In this document: positions 40,801 to 53,400 of the stretch, piece after piece | Position numbering within the stretch: position 1 is the first letter of the stretch | Layout of the letters: each line of letters begins with the position of its first letter | Source: Octopus sinensis | Lineage: Eukaryota | DNA: 64,000 bases | Direction: 5' to 3' | NCBI RefSeq assembly: GCF_006345805.1 | Contig: NC_043015.1 | Coordinates: 29,946,001 to 30,010,000 of the forward strand | The notes under the pieces: generated by a model | What the model was told of the DNA's origin: nothing | What the model saw: the letters and a program-made list of their open reading frames with translations, nothing else | The model's database searches: none | Program-made: the position numbers and the translations under genes

Positions 40801-43234
40801 AATGAAGGAACCTCCACACACTTCAAATTTTGCTAGAGATAGCAACTAAGTCATATTATATTTATATCTCTTTACTACCCATAAGGGGCTAAACACAGAG
40901 GGGACAAACAAGGATTAAGTCAATTAGATCGACCCCAGTGCGTAACCGGTACTTGATTTATCGACCCCGAAAGGATGAAAGGCAAAGTCGACCTCGGCGG
41001 AATTTGAACTCGGAACGTAATGGCAGACGAATTACGGCTACACATTTCGCCCGGGGTACTAATGTTTCTGCCAGCTCACCGCCTTCTATCATATTGCCTT
41101 AATAGACCCGGGGCCAAACAGTATACTATACATGTTATTAACTCTGGATGAAGACGACACTGTATATTCTATATCATTGATGCTGCATTGAACTCAGCAC
41201 AAACCGACCCACAACAAACACAGAGGTTGCTAAACACAGTACTCGAAAAGTGATCCTTAGTGCCAAACACATTACGCACACCACTTAGACTGGATCACAG
41301 CTATACAACAACAACAACATCATCATCATATGTTCTGGTGTCTTCTAGTATAGCTCCTGGCTATCCAAAGCTGGTAGTTGGAAACTGAAGAAAACACATC
41401 ATATATATGTGTGTGTGTGCGTGTGTTTGAGAGAGAGAGAGTTGTGTGTCTTGGTCCTGACATTATGTGACTGTCGTAAATGTCCCCATCATACAGGCAG
41501 TGCCCTTTGCTTCCAATCTTCCATGAAAAACATGACTGGTCATGGTAAAGTATTACCTTATTTGGAAACAGGTGAGGGTTGGTGACAAGATGGCACCTAG
41601 TCATGGAAAATCTACCTCAACAAATTCTGACCCATGCAAGCATAGAAAAGTGGATGTTAAAACAACGATTATGCTGATTCTTGTTGCGGTTGGTGACTCC
41701 AAGATATGGATGTGTATGTTAATTTACTCACATGGCAATAAAAGTCGCAAGCACTAAGACGGATACTCACCAATTGGTATGGATGAAGGTATTGATGTCG
41801 TAGACGTTGTGGCTGTGGTTGAGACTGCGGCAGCTTGTGTAACAGAACTGCTGGACGTGGCAGCTGGTTGGTTGGGCATGCTGATTGCTGTTGAGACAAA
41901 ACAATTTCACAATTAACCCTTTGGCATTCAGACTATTCTGTTAAACGTAATGTTTGTATATTCACATTGTCTTCAACTGATCATGCATTATATTGTAGCT
42001 TCAAGATTCTGATGTGATGGTAGATTCTTAAAACGACACTGTAGGGTCACATATGGCTAGCTTGAACATTTACATGTGTGTTTGCAAAAGCAATGTTATA
42101 ATGATAACAAGAAGGCCGAGTTGCATTTGTACAAGTTTCTAATAATGATGACAAGTACTACTTGTACTTGTGGCGACATTCACCCTGGGCGGGTTGAGTC
42201 GGCTTCTTCTACAAGGATTCCCTTGTCATCATTTCATTTCAACTTCTTCCATGAAATGATGACAAGGGAATCCTATCACCAGTTATATAACCACCACCAC
42301 CTCATACATATCTTGTAACAGGTTTGCCTGATTAAATTTAAGTGAACTGATAGGGTTTCCATGAAATGCAAAGTGAAAGTAACAATACTTGAAGAGAAAC
42401 AATAAAGAAACACTAACAAATCATCAAACCGTTATCTGTCAGTGTTTCTATGAAATTCAAAGGTGAAACTGAAAGTATCATAGCAGGTGATTGTTTTCGT
42501 ATGCATTGTCAGGGGCCACAGAGATAAACAGGCAGAGAAGGAAGAAACACTGTCGATTTTATATGAGTAGACAGTACTCTAGTTCCAACGACACAGAGCT
42601 TTATCTTTTATTTGTTTCAGTCATTGGATTGTGGCCATGCTGGGGCACCAGCTTGAAAAGTTTCCGTTGAACAAATTGATACCAGTAATTGTTCTGGTAA
42701 GTCTGCTACATATTGTAATTGTCTGTTTAGCTGAACAATTAAGTTATGGAATGTAAAGAAACATTAGTTGTGAGCAGTGAGGTGGGAGGCAAGTACAAAG
42801 ACATGTATATGTGTGTATGTATACTCTTACTCTCTTTTACTTGTTTCAGTCATTTGACTGTGGCCATGCTGGAGCACCGCCTTTAGTCGAGCAAATCAAC
42901 CCCGGGACTTATTCTTTGTAAGCCCAGTACTTATTCTATCGGTCTCTTTTGCCGAAGGGCTAAGTTATGGGGACATAAACACACCAGCATCGGTTGTCAA
43001 GCAATGCTAGGGGGACAAACACAGACACAAACACATACATATATATATACACATATATACGACGGGCTTCTTTCAGTTTCCGTCTACCAAATCCACTCAC
43101 AAGGCTTTGGTCGGCCTGAAGCTATAGTAGAAGACACTTGCCCAAGATGCCACGCAGTGGGACTGAACCCGGAACCATGTGGTTGGTAAGCAAGCTACTT
43201 ACCACACAGCCACTCCTGCGCCTATATATATATA

Positions 43235-43289
<55 letters not shown>

Positions 43290-44987
43290 CACACACACAC
43301 ATAATAAGCTTCCACAGTTTCTAACTACCAAATTCATTCACAAGACATAGACTGGCCTGGGGCTATAGTAAAAAGACATTTGCCTCAGTGCTACACAGTG
43401 GGACTGAACTCAAAACCAAATGGTTGCAAAGCAGCATTCTTAACGACACGGCCATATCTGTCTATATCACAAAACACACACAAAATTTCTCAGATTTACA
43501 AAAAAAGAGATAAATAAATAATGAATATTCACTTACCTGCTAAAGTCTTGGTAGCCATAGATTTCGATGCCTCCTTGGTCAGATCAACTAACTGGTTAAC
43601 AGTACCCCACTTAGCACCACCTGAAACAACATCAAATGTGACCCGTAGGCCATGGTCAGGCTTTTGTTATTGAATTATAAATCAATTCTTACATATCACA
43701 TAACAACTGTAGAAATTTTAACAATGGCAAATATGTTATTTTAACCAAGACAAAATACAGAAGCAACGTTAACCCTTTAGCACTTAAACTGGCAGCGTCT
43801 GTCCAAAGTAATCTTCCTGGTTTATATTCCAATTGACCAAATCTAGTTTCTTGCACCTATCCTATAGCATCTTTCTAAAAATAAACAATCCCACAATTGT
43901 AATCTCAAATTACAAGACAAAGCATGATAAATTCAAAACAATGTCAACAGAGCAGCCAGCTTCCGCGCCGGTGGCACGTAAAAGGGCACTATTCGAGCGT
44001 GATCGTTACCAACGTCGCCTTACTGGCACCTGTGCTGGTGGCATGTGTAAAAAGATTTGTGCGAGGTCATTGCCAGTACCCCCCCACCCCGCTGGAGCCT
44101 CGTGGAACTTTAAGTGTTTTCGTACAATAAACACACACAACGCCCGGTCTGGGAATCGAAACCGCGATCCTCCGACCGCAAGTCCGCTGCCCTAACCACT
44201 GGGCCATTGCACCTCCACTGTTGTTGCTGTTTAATTCTAGGCCAGATCTGACTGGGTGGGTACCAAGATTCCAGGTTTTCTAACACTGACCGTTCTTTCT
44301 TTTTGTCAGAAAGGAAAGAAAAGCATACTTGATAACGCAGTGCTAGATACACTAAGTAAATTGGATGTGATTCCAGGGAAATATGGCTGCTACTTCTAGC
44401 AGGTCAGACAGTCACATAGAGGCGCCTTTAGAGAGATTCAAGAATAAGCATTCAGTGACAAATATTAACAAAGGATAGGAGGGGGGAGTTTTTTTTTTTG
44501 TGTGCCTTAAATGAGAAGAAAAAAAAATTCTTATAATACAGACCTGGTTTTATGGCAATATTTGGTGCCAGAGGAGTTAAGGATGCTTGAGATATCATCT
44601 TTGATGCGACAGCCGTTGCAGTTGTCGGTGATGAATGGGAAATGCTAGGGTTGACAGGGAGGGCCTTGCCCTGCCCGTGGCTAAACATCACCTGCGACTT
44701 AGTGGCATCAGTGGTGTTCCTCTTCTTTAGGGTGATGTGAATGTTGGAGTTTGTAGACTGAGCAGCAGTAACCACAGCGGCACTGTCACTGTACACAGGC
44801 ATATTTTGCCTGAAAAATAAATTGTGCTTTTTGGGTTGTTTTTCAATCCTGTGAAAGAAGATGTTGACTATTAAAAAATTAAGAAACAAATGTGAAGATG
44901 TGTAGGAAAGACCAGAGAGGATAGATAATAAACATAGAGAGAGAGAGAAGTAATATATCTTTTAATAAAGAAATATATCAATGTGTG

Positions 44988-45018
<31 letters not shown>

Positions 45019-46874
45019 CAAAAGATAGTAATGTAGAGAAGTTTAGATAATAACAAAAACAGAGAGGAAAGATAATATAAAGAAAAAGAGATAACACAGA
45101 AGACAGATAATTTTCAGAAGTGTAGAGGGTTTTTTTTGTAATTTGGAGAGAAGTGTTGACAATAACAACCAAGTGGGTAAATGATAATATAAAGGAAAGT
45201 ATAGATTGTTGTTTCTAGCGTAGGGCACACAACACCAAAAATGTTGGCAAGGGAGGAGGTTTGCTGGCTCCAGTATTTTATTTTGCTGACCTCAGAGACA
45301 GAAAGCAAAGCTGACCTGAGAGAATTTGAACTCGGAACATGAAAGCAGGTGGAAAGGCGGTGGGGGGGGGATGCAGCCAATGCATTTTGTCCAACACTAA
45401 CAAATTTACCTATCTACCAAGTTTTTACAGATAACAACAGCAACAAGAGAGAGAGCAAATGATAATAGAGAGACGAGAGTGATAAGAGTATAATTAGCTG
45501 CATAAGCTAATATAATGCCAAAATATTGATTTCTAATTCTGGCACAAGGCCAGCAATTTTGGAGAGAGAGGTAAGTTGATTACATTGACCCCCAGTACTC
45601 AACTGGTACATTTTTTAGCAATACCGAAAGAATGAAATGCAAAGTTGACCTAGGTGAAATTTGAACCCCAGAATGCAAAAACGGACGAAATACCACAAGG
45701 CATTTTGCTCAGCATGCTAATGGTTCTGCCAGCTTGCCACCTTAATAATGTCAAAATATCGAAAAAAAAAAAAAGAGCTAAACAATAGAAGGAGAGAGGA
45801 AAGTAGTAAAAGAGGGTAACAAAGAAAGAACGAGAAGAAAAAGAGTAACAAGGGAAGTGGAAAATAGTGTAAGATCGAGTAGTCATGTGAGGAGGAAGTG
45901 CAATGAAAAGCAACCAAGAGTAATTTTAAAAAATAGAAGTAGAGGCATTAATAATGTGACAGCTCCAAGTGGTCATTGAAACTGCTATGGACCTGGCAAA
46001 GTTGTTTAGTTACTCTTTTACTTGTTTCAATCATTTGACTGCGGCCATGCTGGAGCACCGCCTTTAGTCGAGCAACTCAACCCCGGGACTTATTCTTTGT
46101 AAGCCCAGTACTTATTCTATCGGTCTCTTTTGCTGAACCACTAAGTGACGGGGACATAAACACACCAGCATTGGTTGTCAAGCAATGCTAGGGGGACAAA
46201 CACAGACACACAAACACACATACATATATATACATATATACGACGGGCTTCTTTCAGTTTCCGTCTACCAAATCCACTCACAAGGCCCGATGCTATAGTA
46301 GAAGACACTTGCCCAAGGTGCCATGCAGTGGGACTGAACCCGGGACCATGTGGTTGGTAAGCAAGCTACTTACCACTCCTGCGCCTATAGTTGATGAAGA
46401 AAAAAATGTAAAAAAATATATTTAAAAAAAAAAAAACCCTCAACAAAGCATACCTTGGTTTTTCTGATCGCAAAATGATCTGCGAGGTGGGTGCTGCCCC
46501 TGCCATGCTGGGCTGGTTCGCACGTGGACCTGTAACTGTAGGGGTTGTGGGCTTTATCGTTGAAATTAGAGAGTTCCGGTTCATCTGAGAGAAGACGTTG
46601 GTGTTGCTGAGAATGGGCGAAGGCTGGTTGGGACGCATCACTGTGGTGGCAGCAGCGGCCGACATGCTGGAACCGGGTTTCGGGACAGACAGAGCAGATG
46701 CAGCAGCTGCACCTGGCAACACAAATTGGAAACAGAAATTAACGAGAGTTCAACTAAGAAGAAGGTTTTATATATATGCGTCTACATTATATATAACATA
46801 GAACTGTGTTATATATAACAGAGATTATATAGAACATTATAGATATATATATATATATATATACATACACACAT

Positions 46875-46905
<31 letters not shown>

Positions 46906-47410
46906 TATATACATACACACATTATATATATATATATATATATATACACATTATATACATACACACATAAGGGGGTACTGCAAAAGTTCCTGGTTTTAAG
47001 GATGTCGTGAAAGGTCTGGTTGGAGGCTCAACCTTCTGAGTTCTTTTACAGGGCTTAGAAAAACTGAACAACCATGGCAATAACTGTGAATCTGATTAGG
47101 GAATGAATGTATTTTCTTTTACCCAAAGCCAGGAACTTTACAGCACCCCCCTTGTATGTACATACTCTTTCTACTCTTTTACTTGTTTCAGTCATTTTGA
47201 CTGTGGCCATGCTGGAGCACCACCTTTAATCGAGCAACTCGACCCCGGGACTTATTCCTTTGTAGGCCCAGTACTTATTCTAGCGGTCTCTTTTGCCGAA
47301 CCGCTAAGTGACGGGAACGTAAACACAACAGCATCGGTTGTCAAGCAATGCCAGGGGGACATAAACACATCAGCATCGGTTGTCAAGCAATGCTAGGGGG
47401 ACAAACACAG

Positions 47411-47447
<37 letters not shown>

Positions 47448-50400
47448 CGACGGGCTTCTTTCAGTCTGTCTACCAAATCCACTCACAAGGCTTTGGTTGG
47501 CCGAGGCTATAGTAGAAGACACTTGCCCAAGGTGCCATGCAGTGGGACTGAACCCGGAACCATGTGGTTGGTAAACAAGCTATTTACCACACAGCCATTC
47601 CTATGTACACATATATATATATATATATATATAGTCAATGTCTTACTGCTGGATACCCTTCCTATAGCTAAAACATACCTGTTATTTTTAAAGTAAAGGA
47701 ACTTATTCCACAAGACTTCAAAGGTGCAAAGTCAGTAAATGATTTCTTGACAGAAGAAACAACAAGAACATCACCACTTGTAGCTCAGCAATTCAAGAAG
47801 TTCAAATGTAAATACACATAAAATGTATACACACACACACACGATAGACTTCTTTCAGCTTCCACCTCCCAAATCCACTCACAAGGCATTGTGCAGTAAG
47901 ACAGAACCCAAGACCACATTTCAGAATCAAGCTTCTCAGCTACATGGCTATGCCTTCACACACACACACAATATAATGTACAGATATAAAAGACATTTTA
48001 ATTCTTATGTATGCACAGGCAATCTATGGCAACAATGGACTATCTATCCGCTCAGTCGAAGTCGACTCTCGGTTACTCGGTGGATCAGTGTCCTCCAGTC
48101 AGTTCTATCCTGGGCTGCTTCTTTCAGATTGGCTGTGTCCATTCCGGTATCACTCTTGATGGAAATTAACTTGAGTTCAACTAAGCAGAAGGTTTTATAT
48201 ATTGATGGACAACGACAAGCAAATGACAGAAAGAGACAGATAGACAGACAGACAGAGACAATTGAAATAGTGGACTTACCTCTGGGTAAATGAGAAGTAA
48301 ATGTGGGCATATGGTGCCCTCCTGGTGTTGACTGACCACATGTGGACACAACCCCTCCTCCTCCACCTCCTCCTCCTCCCCCGCCTCCTACACCACTGCT
48401 TCGAAATGCAGGAGAGTTCGCAGCAAGGGACATGGAAGGGTTTGTCGAAGAGGTCTCCACCACCGTGGGCACCGTCGTGGTAGCCAACTGCAGGACGCTG
48501 GTCTGAGACGCAAACGGCACATGGATGTTGGATGCACCGCTCGAACTCATGGTGTTGCACGTCTTCAGAGCATCGACGTTGTTACAGATGGTCACTGAAA
48601 ACACACAGAATCACACATTGAAGGAGAGACACCACAAAAGCAAATAACCACCCCTAATTATACTCTTTTATCTCTGCAGACACTACCCATCATTATGATG
48701 CCCAAACGGGTTTATTTATTAAAAACTGCACAAGGCATGTCTACTAAATACTAGATTAAGTATTTAAATGCAATCAAAAGACATTTTGTTTCCAGAAATA
48801 AATCATTCAAAAATAATGGCATCTATTTACATTTGAGATTTCTCATGTATGTTGGGTTAGGGTTAGGGTTGGACTGGGGTCTGAGAACCCAGAAGACTGC
48901 ACCAGGCTCCAGTCTGATCTGGCAGCTGTAGAAACACTGCCAGATCAGACTGGAGTCTGGTGCAGCCTCCTGGCTTCCCAGACCCCGGTCGAACCGTCCA
49001 ACCCATGCTAGCATGGAAAACGGATGTTAATCGATGGTGGTGATGATGATATATAGATATGGCTATACTCAAGAAGACCCTTACACCACAGCAAAACTGT
49101 TAAGATCGATCCTTCTGGTTATGTAAAGCACCCATAGCGATGCCACATAAAAGCATCAGGCACACTCTGTAAAGTGGTTAACATTAAGAAGGCATCCAGC
49201 CGTAGAAACTATGCCAAATCAGACAGAAGTCTGGCGCAGCTCTCCGGCTAGCCAGCTCTGGTCACACCATCCAACCCATGCTAGCACGGATAACGGACAT
49301 ATGATGATAATGATACATACATACATATATCATGAACTTTCCTGTTGTTAGGTAACATTTAAGGGTTCTGCAATCTCTTACAGAACAACCACACACATGA
49401 TTTGTTTGTAGTGATCAAATGTTTGTGCTCACACAAGCTCACTCCTTCCATCAAATTGACGTTACCTGTACAGGTGCACGATATGCCACACCTCAGAGCA
49501 TGCAATATCTCAGTATTTTATTAATATGCATTTTATCAAGCTTGAAATGATAAGAAATAATGTAAATATAAGTGGGATTTGAACTCAAAACATAGATGAA
49601 ATAAGTGAAATACCTGAAGGCATTTTGCCGAGCGCTCTACCGATTCTGCCATCCACAGCCCTCACTGAAATAAGAAGAAACAAAACTTTTAACACATACA
49701 CACATATATATATTTATACAACAGGTTCATTTCACAACTAATATCATTTAATGCAGTGTCTGAAAAATATCGAATAGGAGATGACTTACATGTTTCTCCT
49801 ACGTGTACAAGTTTGTAACTCGTATTAGCAAAAGAAAACACGTGTATAGGGTAAAGAGCCCCTTCGGTCATGAACGACCATGGGATTGCACCTAGAAAGT
49901 TACCCTCCGAGGTACAAGTCCCAGCAAAGTTGTTTATGGAAGACCAGCAGTTGCCCATGCATACCGGCCTCCCCTCTCCACGCCACTGATGTTATCCAAG
50001 GGAAAGGCAAAGCCCGATACAGCTTGGCACCAGTGATGTCGCAACTCATTTCTGAAGCTGAGTGAACTGGAGCAATGTGAAATAAAGTGTCTTGCTCAAG
50101 AACACAACATGCAGCCCAGTCTGGGAATCAAACTCACTACATGATTGTAAGCTTGACACTCTAACCACTGAGCCAACGATGAATAAGTAATACCAACATT
50201 TTGTCTTTCCAATTTTCTGTTTCGATATGTAATTATTCTGCAAAGAATATTTTCCAGTATTTTACAACCCTTCTGCATACCACACAGAAACATAACATCT
50301 ACATACAACTTTGGAGCACTGGAATATACACACATATGCATTCAGTAAATAATAATATTTTATATGCATAAAGCTTAGAAGCGATCACTGTGTACTGACG

Positions 50401-53400
50401 AATGAAAATAGTCTAATATTGGGGCATCGACAGAAAGGAAAACCCACTTTTTTCTGTCGAGGGCTTATTTGCCCCAATATTAATCTATTTCTTTTAGTTG
50501 ATATATGGTGATCGGTTATTAAGCTTATGAAATAATTATTGCAGCGTGGAAGGTGTTTGTAAGCCATTTAAGAAACACACAAAACCGTTAGATTCACTTC
50601 AACATTTAAATTTAATTTGTCAAAATATTTTCGTCGCTTTGAGACCACGACCTGTTCACTGACAAAACTTCATGCAGCATCTCGCTATGCAAGTACATCT
50701 CCGAAATAATTATTATTCAGAGAATTGTGACTCAGCACCACTCATCAAATCATTGCATATCTCTCTTTTACTCATTTATTTGTTTCAGTCATTTGACTGT
50801 GGCCATGCTGGAGCACTGCCTTTAGTCGAGCAAATCGACCCCAGGACTTATTCTTTGTAAGTCCAGTACTTATTATATCGGTCTCTTTTGCCGAACCACT
50901 AAGTGACGGGGACGTAAACACACCAGCATTGGTTGTCAAGCAATGCTAGGGGGACAAACACAGACACACTAACACACACACGCATATATATATATATATA
51001 TATATATATACGATGGGCTTCTTTCAGTTTCTGTCTACCAAATCCACTCACAAGGCTTTGGTTGGCCCGGGGCTATAGCAGAAGACACTTCCCCAAGATG
51101 TCATGCAGTGGGACTGAACCCGGAACCATGTGGTTGGTTAGCAAGCTACTTACCACACAGCCACTCCTGCGCCATAAGTATATATAGTTATGTTGTCTTT
51201 ATATGTGGTTATATGTAAAAACAGTCAAGCATTATTAATTGATGGATCAGTCAAAGCATTATTTTTACAAGGAAAGTTTGACTGGTTTCAAAGTTTCAGC
51301 TTAGTTGCTGCTATCAGACCACCGTGCACACAGAAACGTACAAACACTACAGTAGTAGGTGATTTACCTGCTGTTGGAAGTATGTTTGACACATTTGATA
51401 TCGGAGAATGGGTGGCAGCAGGTAAGGATGTCGCAGGTTTCTGAAAAAGAGAGAAAAAAGATAAAGGAAATAACATAAAACAAACAGCTTTAGAATCTCT
51501 GTTGTAAGTTTAGTATGAGGAGAAATACAACCGGTCACTCACAAGTGCTAGTTGCAAGTCTAGCACGACCTATTGTAGGGTCAGGTTGTTGACAACTATA
51601 TCAGCCCTTCCACCTATGAAGCAATCCTGCAGGTAAATGGTGATGGTAATGCTTATTATAGTGATGGTGCTGGTCGTAGCAAGTCTACTCAACGCAAAGT
51701 CGGAGGGCAGAAGAAGCGCTTCAAGGACAGTCTCAAAGTCTCTCTCAAAGACTTCTCCATCGGCACAGAGACTTGGGAGACACTTGCTGCCGACCGCAAT
51801 CATCACAGGAGTAAAGACAGCCGAGGAGAAACGGATTCAGTCAGCAGAACAGAAATGCCAGATGCGGAAAGCTAGAGCCACCTGCATCAATAGCACAGCC
51901 CCTACCCACTTCTGGGAGGGGCTTTCTTGCCCGGATTGGCCTCACCAGCCACCTCCGGTCTCATAGCAGCAATTCCACCAAATGATGTCAATGGTCATCT
52001 TCGAACCTGAAGGACGAACATTATTATTATTATTACTCAACTGGCAAAAAATGAGTAGGACCTGTAATTCAAAGGGCCACCCTTGTCATGCTGAATCTCC
52101 CCGAGAACTATGTTAACCCTTTAGTATTTAAACTGGCCGTATCCGGCCAAAATATTTAATCTGCCTTACGTTCAAACTGACCAGATCCAGGCCCTCACAC
52201 CTACCCCACAATGTTATTCTATATTAAGTAATTACACCATCAAGATCTTGAAGATATGAGACAATGCATGATTAATTCAAATCAATGGGAATCAATATGC
52301 ATTATGTTTGATTGAATAATCTGAACACTAAAGAGTTAAAGGTACATGTATCTGTGGAGTACTCAACCAGTTGCATGTTAATTTCACGAGCAGGCTGTTC
52401 CGTTGATCAAACCAACTGGAACACTCATTTCTGTAACTGATGGCGTTCCAGTTTAAATATATAAATAAATAAAGTGTTTTCAAAAGAATAATTTTTATTA
52501 TAGGACAGAAAAGAAATATGGAAAAAAGTCAAGATCTTAATATTTTTGTAAATGTACTGGCTTCTGTTGTAGCATTGACAATACAAGCACTATACCAAAC
52601 GCCCCTCCCTCTACTAACAGGACTACCAATAACAAACAATATAGTCGCTTTCTTTACTAAGTTACTTCCCTTAGCGAGACAAACCAAGTGGATTGTTTCA
52701 TAGTTCTAAGTTTAAGGGGAGAGGGTTAGTTGATGCCACTATCCCACTCCCTACTCAGCTGGTAGGTATTTAATCAAACCCAAAAGGATGAAAGGTTAAG
52801 TTGATCTCAGCAGAATTTGAACTCAGAACATAACCGAGCAGGAAGGATTGCCACTAAATATGTCCAACACAATAATGCTAGCTTGTCATCTTAATACTAC
52901 TACAACTAATAATAATAATAATAATCCTTTCTACAAACGGAACAAGGCCTGAAATTTTTGGGGAGGGGACTAGTCGATAACATCGACACCAGTGTTTCAT
53001 TGGTACTTAATCTATTGACCCCGAAAAGGATGAAAGGCAAAGTTGACTGAGGCAGAATTTGAACTCAGACAAAATTCTGCTAAGCATTTTATCCAACACA
53101 CTAACAATTCTGCCAGCTCACCATCTTTATCATAAGAATAATACTGATAATGGCAGCTTCAAATCATGGCACAAGGCCAGCAGTTTTAAGGGAGGGATTT
53201 AAATTTTATCAACTTCAAAAGGTCAAGATAACCTGGATGGAATTTGAATTGAGAATGTAAGAAGAAAGAAATGCAAGTAAATATCATGTTAAATAAATGC
53301 TAACAATTTCACCAGCTCACTGCCTTAATATCATCATCATCTATAATAATAATGGTCTCACATTTTGGCACAAGGCCAGTAATCTTGGGGGAGGGTACAA

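Noticed and set aside
51342-51367. Alternative donor TTT|GTACGT extending coding exon 3
   Set aside because: It gives phase 0, incompatible with the phase 1 start of the next exon
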